64,000 bases of DNA, from positions 640,001 to 704,000 of the forward strand of contig OY776562.1 of NCBI GenBank assembly GCA_963675785.1. Reading direction: 5' to 3'. Every line of letters begins with the position of its first letter. The stretch's first letter is position 1. Below, piece by piece: positions 12,961 through 20,566 of the stretch. The stretch comes from Anaerolineae bacterium. Its GTDB lineage: Bacteria; Chloroflexota; Anaerolineae; UBA1429. The position numbers were made by a program, and so were the translations under genes. A model generated the notes under the pieces. That model was not told where the DNA came from. It saw only the letters and a list, made by a program, of their open reading frames with translations, and ran no database searches.

Positions 12961-13118
12961 CTCTCGCTGGGTCAATGACGATCTGGTTCATGTCCCCGAC
13001 AACCCTGGGGACGGGCGAAGCCGCCCACTTCTGTTCTATAGTCAGGAAGGGGGACAGCCAGACGGTCATGATGTTTCCTGATGGTTTCAGTCGAAGCAAT
13101 CAAGTTGATCCAGGAGAG
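12961..13118 (+). promoter_or_regulatory. Structured 5' leader, candidate cis-regulatory RNA
   Basis: Nested stems; the outer stem pairs with the RBS region (CTCTC-G-CTGGGTCAA with TTGATCCAG-GAGAG). Confidence 0.5.
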
Positions 13119-13123
13119 AAATA

Positions 13124-14839
13124 GTGAAAAAGACATTTGCACTTGTCGTTAGCTTGCTGGTCATTGCAAGCATGGTGCTGTCGGGCTGTTCGCAGCCCAC
13201 TGCCACCCCCGCTCCCACATCTGCCCCAGATCCGACGGCTACTACGGCCGCTGCGACCGCCGAGCCCGAAGCCACGGCAGTGTCGGAAGTTACTACTGAG
13301 CCAGAAGCTACCACAGAGGTCGTATCTGAACTTTTGTGGACTCCTGAGCTCTTGCAGGCTTTCTCTGCCGCAATTGACCGCGAAGAGCTGGTCGATCGCG
13401 TTTTTGAAGGCCGTAACACCCCGGCCTATTCCATGGTCCCCGAAGACTATCCGTATGCGACCGAGCCCTTCTTGGATGCCTACGGCGAGCGTGACCTGGA
13501 TTTGGCCATTGAGCTGTTGACAGACGCCGGTTACACGGCCGATGCCCCGCTCGAGATTGAGCTTTGGTACCCGCCCGAGCACTATGGCACCACCACTGCT
13601 GATGTGATGCAGGTCCTCAAAGAGCAGCTCGAAGAGACCGGTCTGATCCTGATTGACCTCTCGAGCCAGAACTGGGCTTCTTACGTCGATGCCTTTGTGG
13701 CCGGCGAAATGCCCGTGTTTATGCTTGGTTGGTTCCCCGATTTCGCAGACCCCGACAACTGGCTGACTCCGTTTGCCTCTTGCCTCCAGTCTCCGGATAA
13801 CGGTGTGAACTTTTGCGACGAGGAAATGGACGCTTTGTTGAACGCTGCTGCTTCTTCTTCGGATGCAGCCGAGCGTGAAGAGCTATATCAGCAGATCGGC
13901 GACCTCTATGCTGAACTAGTTCCTACACTTCCGCTGTTCTGGGAATCCGAGTATGTGACCTACCGTGACGGCGTTGAAGGTGTTGATATCGGCTCAACCT
14001 TTGAGTTCAACTATAACGTCCTGAGCTTTGCCGAGGACGCCATCCCCGCTTCCGGCAGCACAGATACCATCATCATCGGCACCACCGATGAGGTGCACAG
14101 CCTGGATGCAAACGATGCCTACGCCACCCATGACTGGGAAATCATCAAGAACACGGGTCGCCCCTTGTTGACCTATGCTCCTGGCGAGACTGAGCTCATC
14201 CCAGGTTTGGCTGAGGCCCTGCCCGAAGTGAGTGATGATGGCCTCACCTATACCTTTAAACTACGCGAAGGTCTGACCTTTGCCGATGGCACGCCCATCA
14301 CCGCTGATTCCTTTGTATACTCTTGGGATCGTCTCAACTCCCTCGAAGGCGAAGTCTCCGGTTTGGTGCAGGTTTACGTCGAAAGCGTCGAGGCTGTGGA
14401 TGACCTGACGGTGGCTTATCATCTCACCGGCACCTACGGTTTCTTCTCAGCATTGGCTGCAACTGCGCCGTTCGTTCCTGTAAACCCCAACACCTTCCCG
14501 GCTGACGAACTCGTTGGTTATCCTGAGACCATTGAGGGCTGTGGTCCGTACGTTATGACCTCCTTGGTTGCTGGTGAGCAGATGGTGCTTGAGGCGAACC
14601 CCGAGTACTTTGGCGACGATGCTGCCTTGATCCCCAACGTCATCATTCGTTACTATGCTGATCCGACGACCATGGCCAACGCTGTGGAAAGCGGCGAGAT
14701 CGACGTTGCCTGGCGTACGCTTGGCCCCGTTGAGGCAGTCCGCCTCTCTGAGGTCGAGGGTTTGAACGTGATTACGGTTGAAGCACCTTCGCTCCGTTAC
14801 CTTGTGTTCAACCATACGTACACTGTGCCTGCTGAATAG
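13124..14839 (+). CDS. Peptide/nickel ABC substrate-binding lipoprotein (family 5), circularly permuted
   Basis: Lipobox LSGC; QAFSAAIDREE half precedes the TIIIG..SLD..SDDGLTYTFKLREG..F.DG half. Confidence 0.9.
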   Translation: MKKTFALVVSLLVIASMVLSGCSQPTATPAPTSAPDPTATTAAATAEPEATAVSEVTTEPEATTEVVSELLWTPELLQAFSAAIDREELVDRVFEGRNTPAYSMVPEDYPYATEPFLDAYGERDLDLAIELLTDAGYTADAPLEIELWYPPEHYGTTTADVMQVLKEQLEETGLILIDLSSQNWASYVDAFVAGEMPVFMLGWFPDFADPDNWLTPFASCLQSPDNGVNFCDEEMDALLNAAASSSDAAEREELYQQIGDLYAELVPTLPLFWESEYVTYRDGVEGVDIGSTFEFNYNVLSFAEDAIPASGSTDTIIIGTTDEVHSLDANDAYATHDWEIIKNTGRPLLTYAPGETELIPGLAEALPEVSDDGLTYTFKLREGLTFADGTPITADSFVYSWDRLNSLEGEVSGLVQVYVESVEAVDDLTVAYHLTGTYGFFSALAATAPFVPVNPNTFPADELVGYPETIEGCGPYVMTSLVAGEQMVLEANPEYFGDDAALIPNVIIRYYADPTTMANAVESGEIDVAWRTLGPVEAVRLSEVEGLNVITVEAPSLRYLVFNHTYTVPAE

Positions 14840-14875
14840 CGGTTACCTTACCGCACCATTCACTGTTAGGACGTG

Positions 14876-14899
14876 GGGGGCGGTCGTAAGACTGCCCCC
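14876..14899 (+). other. Intra-operon stem-loop after the binding-protein gene
   Basis: GGGGGCGGTC-gtaa-GACTGCCCCC with no U-tail; probable mRNA stabiliser. Confidence 0.55.
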
Positions 14900-14925
14900 T
14901 TGCGTTATGGACTGGAGTTCCTTCT

Positions 14926-15948
14926 ATGTCGGCTTCTCTACGCAAGTTTCTGGTTGTGCGCATCCTTTTAACGATTCCTATGGTGATCATTCTGATCACA
15001 ATGGTCTTTTTTATCATGCGCGTGTTGCCAGGAGACCCTATACGTTCACAGCTTGGTCCCAAGGTATCAGAAGAGCAAGCAGAGGCGATGCGTGAACGCT
15101 TGGGCCTCAATAGGCCTTTATATGAGCAGTACTTTGATTTTCTTTGGGACACGATCCGGCTTGATTTTGGGACAGCGCTGACTTCAGGAGAGCGTCCCAT
15201 TGCGGATGAACTCGCTGAGCGGCTGCCCGCCACCATTGAACTGACTATTCCGGCCATGCTAATTACGGGTATTGCAGGCATAGGCCTTGGAGCATACGCA
15301 GCCAAGCACCGTAAACAGCCACAGGATTACATCATCCGTGCGGGAAGCATCGTTGTATATGCTATCCCCGTATTCTTTATGGGCTTGCTTTTTCAGATTT
15401 TGTTCGCGGTAAGAATCCCCATCCTGCCTCTTTCTGGGCGAATGGATACCATGATCCTCACTTCGTTCGAGTCAGTAACCGGCTTTTATGTCATCGATTC
15501 CATTATCACCGGAAACTGGCCCGCACTTTGGTCCGCCATCACCCATTTGATTATGCCCTCTGTAACGCTCAGTCTTGCTTTGACGGGGGTGTTTATTCGC
15601 CTAACGCGAGTAAACATGCTCGAAATGCTTCAGCAAGATTTCGTTACGGCTGGTCGTGCGCGTGGTATCCCCGAAAGACGCCTGGTGTACAAACACGCTC
15701 TGCGTAACACACTCATCCCCATTCTGACCATGTTTGGCATGCAGTTTGCTATTCTGCTTGCGGGTGCCACCCTTACAGAGACTACTTTTTCCTGGCCGGG
15801 CATTGGTCGTTATTTGGTTGAGAGAATCGAATTGCGTGACTATACCGCGGTTCAGGCTACGATCGCCGTCTTTGCTATGTTTGTTGCACTCATCAGTTTG
15901 TTAATGGATGTGGTCAACGCGTTCGTGGATCCCAGAATTCGCTACTAA
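14926..15948 (+). CDS. dppB: Peptide ABC transporter permease (DppB/OppB family)
   Basis: LPGDP, RLPATIEL, TAGRARG..Y.HALRN, ETTFSWPGIG, DPRIRY. Confidence 0.93.
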   Translation: MSASLRKFLVVRILLTIPMVIILITMVFFIMRVLPGDPIRSQLGPKVSEEQAEAMRERLGLNRPLYEQYFDFLWDTIRLDFGTALTSGERPIADELAERLPATIELTIPAMLITGIAGIGLGAYAAKHRKQPQDYIIRAGSIVVYAIPVFFMGLLFQILFAVRIPILPLSGRMDTMILTSFESVTGFYVIDSIITGNWPALWSAITHLIMPSVTLSLALTGVFIRLTRVNMLEMLQQDFVTAGRARGIPERRLVYKHALRNTLIPILTMFGMQFAILLAGATLTETTFSWPGIGRYLVERIELRDYTAVQATIAVFAMFVALISLLMDVVNAFVDPRIRY

Positions 15949-15968
15949 GTTGGAATGGATGGCAGAAG

Positions 15969-17222
15969 ATGAACCAGAAAAATAAAGATGCTGCATCTGT
16001 TCCCGAGTGGCAGCAAGATCTCGATAAAGTTGGTTTTGTACGCAAGCTGTTTATGGCTCGCAAGTGGTATGGTGGCGATTGGTGGTTTGTCGCCATTAGC
16101 GCCGTGTTGCTGTTCGGCGTTATTTTGCTAGGTGTCTTCCCCCAATGGTTCGCTCCATATGACCCCCGTGAAGAGGTTGGTGCTTCGCTCATGGCCCCCG
16201 GGCAGGAATCAGAGACATATGTTCTGGTGGTGCCGGAGGATTCCGAAGCCGAGTCTTTACGGGATGTAGGGCTCCGCGAGAATGCTCTGGGTTACACCAT
16301 GGGTACTCCAGCTAGCCAGTCGTTGCGCGATGCGCTGGATACCGCTACGGACGAAGACCAGGCCGCTGGTTTGGATGTTCGTTATCAGCCGCGCAAGACG
16401 CGTTATGAGACGCTCGAAGAGGGACTGGCTGCCTTGGAGGTGGGCGAGTTGGATGGCTATATCGTTTCCAACATCGTCTTTGAAGAGGTTGCAGATAACT
16501 ATTCGGGGTTACGCATTGTTGGCTCTATTAGCGATGTAGAAACGCCCCATTTTGTCTTGGGCACCAATCAGCTAGGCCAAGATGTTCTCAGTCGCACGAT
16601 CTGGGGTACCCGTATCGCATTGATCGTGGGACTTTGTTCGGCACTGGCCTCCATCGTTATTGGCGTGCCATTGGGGCTTGTCAGTGGCTTTGTCGGTGGT
16701 TGGGTGGATCGGGTACTGACTTTGGTGATGGATAGCCTTTATTCTTTCCCGGGGCTCATTCTGGCCATCGCTATCGCGGCTGTCCTTGGTTCAGGTATTG
16801 GCAACATCATTGTGGCTATCTCTGTGGTCTATGTGCCCACTTATTTCAGGGTTGTTCGCGGGCAAACGTTGTCTGTAAAAGAGGAACTCTATGTCGAGGC
16901 TGCTAAAAGTCTTGGCGCCACCTCTCGCGAGGTGCTCTGGAAGTATGTGTTCCCTAACGTTATCCCCTCCGTCGTCATCATCTTTAGCGTCAACGTGGCG
17001 GATGCGATACTTACAGAGGCAGGCCTGAGCTTCCTGGGATTCGGGTTACCCCCTGATGTTCCCGATTGGGGCATCGATCTGGCTCGTGGACAGGACTATA
17101 TTCGCCGGGCTTGGTGGCTTATTACAATACCTGGCGCCATGGTTAGCCTGGTGACACTCTCGTTCAGCATGCTCGGAGAAAGCCTCTCAGAGATTCTGAA
17201 CCCAAGATTGGCGGAGATTTAG
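15969..17222 (+). CDS. dppC: Peptide ABC transporter permease (DppC/OppC family) with a ~115 aa extracytoplasmic insertion
   Basis: APYDP..., LGTNQLGQDVLSR, YVEAAKSLGA (EAA loop), EAGLSFLG.G.PP..PDWG. Confidence 0.92.
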   Translation: MNQKNKDAASVPEWQQDLDKVGFVRKLFMARKWYGGDWWFVAISAVLLFGVILLGVFPQWFAPYDPREEVGASLMAPGQESETYVLVVPEDSEAESLRDVGLRENALGYTMGTPASQSLRDALDTATDEDQAAGLDVRYQPRKTRYETLEEGLAALEVGELDGYIVSNIVFEEVADNYSGLRIVGSISDVETPHFVLGTNQLGQDVLSRTIWGTRIALIVGLCSALASIVIGVPLGLVSGFVGGWVDRVLTLVMDSLYSFPGLILAIAIAAVLGSGIGNIIVAISVVYVPTYFRVVRGQTLSVKEELYVEAAKSLGATSREVLWKYVFPNVIPSVVIIFSVNVADAILTEAGLSFLGFGLPPDVPDWGIDLARGQDYIRRAWWLITIPGAMVSLVTLSFSMLGESLSEILNPRLAEI

Positions 17223-17225
17223 GCA

Positions 17226-18227
17226 ATGGCATCAGTCGTTACAGATACGTTGCCCCTTGTGCAGTTGCGCGATCTTTCCGTAACCTATCACACCCGTTTA
17301 GGCTCGGTGAGCGCCGTGGATGGTGTCTCTTTTGATATCCATCGCGGCGAGATTCTTGGCCTTGTGGGTGAAAGCGGTTGCGGCAAGAGCACTATGGGCA
17401 AGGCAATAATGCGCATGATCATGCCACCGGGAGAAATTTCGAGCGGCGAGATCGTCTTTGATGGTCAAGATATTATGCTCTACAACGACGACCAGATGCG
17501 TGATTTTCGTGGTCGACGTATGAGCATGATCTTTCAAGATCCCATGACTTCACTCAACCCCGTACAGCGCATCGATGAGCACCTTGTTGAGGCTTTACAG
17601 GTACATGAACCCAAAACGCCGCGCGAAGCGGCTTTGGAACGTGCTCGTGTGCTCGCAGAGCGTCTTGGTATTCGCCGTGACCGCTTGCAGAGTTATCCAC
17701 ATCAATTGTCGGGTGGCATGCGACAGCGTGTGATGGTTTCTTTGGGGTTGCTGCTGAACGCTTCTTTGGTAGTGGCTGATGAAGCGACGACTTCTCTCGA
17801 TGTGATCGTCGAGGCCAAGCTGATCGATGAATTAGTCCGCCTACGAGATGAGTTTGGTATCTCCATCCTCATGATTACCCATAATATCGCGTTGGTGGCA
17901 GAGGCGGCGGATCGTGTTGCTGTGATGTATGCCGGACGCGTGGTTGAGGTGGGCGGCGTGTACGAGGTGTTTGATACACCGCTCCATCCTTATACGAGCG
18001 GCCTGCTCTCTTCGGTCCCCAGCATTGCGCTGGATGACACCGAGGAGCTTTACAAAATGCCTGGTGAACCTCCCAATCTTACACATCCTCCTATGGGGTG
18101 CCGATTCCATCCGCGCTGCCCCAAGGCGTTACCGATCTGTTCTCAAAAGGCCCCAACACTGTTGGATCAGGGTGGTGGACATCTGGTGAACTGCTGGCTG
18201 TATCAATCGATCGAGCAGGAGGGCTAG
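17226..18227 (+). CDS. dppD: Peptide ABC transporter ATP-binding protein
   Basis: [31 protein letters not shown]-terminal GCRFHPRCP. Confidence 0.93.
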   Translation: MASVVTDTLPLVQLRDLSVTYHTRLGSVSAVDGVSFDIHRGEILGLVGESGCGKSTMGKAIMRMIMPPGEISSGEIVFDGQDIMLYNDDQMRDFRGRRMSMIFQDPMTSLNPVQRIDEHLVEALQVHEPKTPREAALERARVLAERLGIRRDRLQSYPHQLSGGMRQRVMVSLGLLLNASLVVADEATTSLDVIVEAKLIDELVRLRDEFGISILMITHNIALVAEAADRVAVMYAGRVVEVGGVYEVFDTPLHPYTSGLLSSVPSIALDDTEELYKMPGEPPNLTHPPMGCRFHPRCPKALPICSQKAPTLLDQGGGHLVNCWLYQSIEQEG

Positions 18228-18229
18228 CA

Positions 18230-19240
18230 ATGACAGTGGATGTTCAAACGGCCACCGTTGACAATCTCGTCGAGGTTGATAACCTTCGGGTCTGGTTCCC
18301 AGTTCAGCATGGGATTTTTGAGACGCTCGTATCCGGGCACAAAGACTATGTACATGCTGTGGACGATGTCAGTTTTGATATTCGGCGCGGCGAGGTGTTC
18401 GGCCTGGCGGGCGAGAGTGGCAGTGGCAAAAGCACCACGGGTCGCGCCATCATTCGTCTTCTTGATCCAACGGCGGGCAAAATTAGCTTTGACGGGATTG
18501 ACATGCAGACGCTCTCTGCTGAAGAGCTGCGGCATCTGCGGCGCCGTATGCAAGTGATTTTTCAGGACCCCATGGCCTCGCTAAACCCACGCATGTCTCT
18601 TGGTGCATCAATAGCCCACCCGCTCCAAATACATTTTCCCGAGCAAAAGGCCAGGCACCATGAGATGGCCAGCGAAATGATGGAACACGTCGGATTATCG
18701 CCTTCTCGTTTTTACTATGACAAGTACCCCCACCAGATATCGGGTGGGCAGCGTCAAAGGGTAGTCATCGCCCGTGCGCTTATCACACACCCCGATCTGG
18801 TTATTGCTGATGAACCCATCGCTATGGCTGATGTAAGCGTGCGCGCCCTACTGCTCGACTTGATGATAAAGCTCAAGCAAGAGCTCAACCTCACGTATCT
18901 ATTCATTACCCATGACCTGGCAACGGCCAAATATATCTGTGACCGGTTGGGTGTCATGTATTTGGGCAAGATGTGTGAGATGGGGAACCTAAAAGATGTG
19001 TACGGTGAACCCCTACACCCGTATACGCGGGCATTGTTGGCTGCTGTGCCGGTTCCTGATCCCCATCGACGCCGCACGGAGGCCATGCCAGAGGGTGAGA
19101 TTCCCAACGCAATTCATCCACCAAAGGGTTGCAGATATCATCCACGCTGCCCGCTGGCACAGCCTATCTGTTCGCAGCAGGATCCAGAGTTGCGTGAGCT
19201 GCGCCCCGGCCATTTTGTGGCTTGCCATTTGGCGCGCTAG
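18230..19240 (+). CDS. dppF: Peptide ABC transporter ATP-binding protein
   Basis: GESGSGKS, YPHQISGGQRQR, GCRYHPRCP..VACH; start MTVDV after AGGAGG. Confidence 0.93.
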   Translation: MTVDVQTATVDNLVEVDNLRVWFPVQHGIFETLVSGHKDYVHAVDDVSFDIRRGEVFGLAGESGSGKSTTGRAIIRLLDPTAGKISFDGIDMQTLSAEELRHLRRRMQVIFQDPMASLNPRMSLGASIAHPLQIHFPEQKARHHEMASEMMEHVGLSPSRFYYDKYPHQISGGQRQRVVIARALITHPDLVIADEPIAMADVSVRALLLDLMIKLKQELNLTYLFITHDLATAKYICDRLGVMYLGKMCEMGNLKDVYGEPLHPYTRALLAAVPVPDPHRRRTEAMPEGEIPNAIHPPKGCRYHPRCPLAQPICSQQDPELRELRPGHFVACHLAR

Positions 19241-19399
19241 GGATGGTTTTGAAAAAAAGCCCACTCGTAAAAAAGTTGCAAGAGAAAAAAGAAGGCGTAA
19301 CGCCTGCGCCGATTCGGGGTTGTCAATAACGAACGCGCTGGACGGGGGATGGGCTCCCTGAATAGCAAACTCTACGACGAGTGCATTGTCTTTCTCCTC

Positions 19400-19459
19400 A
19401 GACAGAGGCCGCGTCTCTCGAGGGATCTTTCCCTAGAGAGAGCGGCCTCTGTCTCTTTG
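19400..19459. terminator. Long hairpin between convergent dppF and slyD
   Basis: AGACAGAGGCCGC...GCGGCCTCTGTCT (13 bp) with inner TCTCT/AGAGA and AGGGA/TCCCT stems. Confidence 0.7.
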
Positions 19460-19469
19460 TAGATTTGAC

Positions 19470-19901
19470 CTAGTCGAGAATTTCTAACAGTTCAATGTCA
19501 AAATTCAAACGCTTGCCTGCGAGATGATGGTTCGCATCAATATCGACATGTGTATCTGAGACACTGTGAACAGTAACGGGGATAGGTTGCCCCATGGCTG
19601 TTTGCATCATCAATTGTTGGCCAATTTCTGGTGAAAGGGTGGGGGGCAGCTGCTTGCGGTCGACCTTTACTATACGGTTTTCGTCCCACTCGCCATAGCC
19701 GTCGGCGGGTTCGATGATAACCGAACGTTCATCGCCAACATTCATGCCAGTTACGCCTATGTCAAAACCCTTGATTACTTGGCCGCTTCCGATTTGAAAC
19801 TCAAAGGGGCCTCGGTCTCGCGATGAGTCTATTTGGGTTCCATCATCTAGCGTCAGGGTGTAATGCACTCGAACGCGGTCGCCATCTTTCGCTGTCGTCA
19901 T
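19470..19901 (-). CDS. slyD: FKBP-type peptidyl-prolyl cis-trans isomerase (SlyD-like, no His-rich tail)
   Basis: VRVHYTL..DG...DSS, GQVIKGF, DANHHLAGKRLNFDIE. Confidence 0.9.
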   Translation of the reverse strand: MTTAKDGDRVRVHYTLTLDDGTQIDSSRDRGPFEFQIGSGQVIKGFDIGVTGMNVGDERSVIIEPADGYGEWDENRIVKVDRKQLPPTLSPEIGQQLMMQTAMGQPIPVTVHSVSDTHVDIDANHHLAGKRLNFDIELLEILD

Positions 19902-19987
19902 TTCTACTCCTGTTCCAAGTTGTCACAACAGGGCGCTGCAACGTTTCTTTATTATGTCTCAGGAAGGGTATCTCTGCAACCTTGCCC

Positions 19988-20016
19988 TTGACAGGCGGGC
20001 ATATATCTGCTACTAT
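19988..20016 (+). promoter_or_regulatory. Sigma70-type promoter of the OsmC gene
   Basis: TTGACA-17 nt-TACTAT. Confidence 0.7.
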
Positions 20017-20075
20017 ACGGGTGTAAGGTAGATTGTGCAATTCGGCACAATATAGAGAACGTGGAGTGTGCTGAG

Positions 20076-20519
20076 ATGCCTTTGATGACGTTTAAAGCAA
20101 ATTCAGAATGGTCTGGTGAGGGTGTCTATTCGGACGTAACTTCGAGACACTTTAAGATCGCTGCGGATGAGCCGCCTGCGCTGGGCGGATCTGACAAGGC
20201 AATGAACCCCGTCGAGCTGTTGTTGGGTGCTCTGGCAAGCTGCCTGACGATTGTGACCGTATTCTATGCCGGTAAGCTGGGCTACAACGTTGAGGATGTG
20301 ACTGTGGATACCGAGGGTGATTTGGATCCCGCGGGATTCACAGGTCAGGATGAAAGCGTTCGTCCGGGCTTTCAGCAGATAAGGGCCCGTTTGAACATTG
20401 TTTCGAGTGAGCCGCGCGAGCACCTTGAGGAACTGGCCAAGATCGCCTTTGGCCATTGCCCCGTGTCTGACACTCTTTCGGGTGTCAAGGTAAAAGAAGA
20501 GCTCGTCATTACGAACTGA
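20076..20519 (+). CDS. OsmC/Ohr family protein
   Basis: DEPPALGGSD..NPVELLLGALASC and CPVSDTL; ATG after GGAG. Confidence 0.9.
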   Translation: MPLMTFKANSEWSGEGVYSDVTSRHFKIAADEPPALGGSDKAMNPVELLLGALASCLTIVTVFYAGKLGYNVEDVTVDTEGDLDPAGFTGQDESVRPGFQQIRARLNIVSSEPREHLEELAKIAFGHCPVSDTLSGVKVKEELVITN

Positions 20520-20527
20520 CGTTAAAG

Positions 20528-20566
20528 AAAACAGGGGCCGCGCACATCGTGCGCGGCCCCTGTTTT
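20528..20566. terminator. Bidirectional intrinsic terminator
   Basis: Perfect 18 bp inverted repeat AAAACAGGGGCCGCGCAC-atc-GTGCGCGGCCCCTGTTTT. Confidence 0.9.

Noticed and set aside
19243-19329. Short Lys-rich ORF MVLKKSPLVKKLQEKKEG...
   Set aside because: No clear RBS; explained by A-rich intergenic sequence
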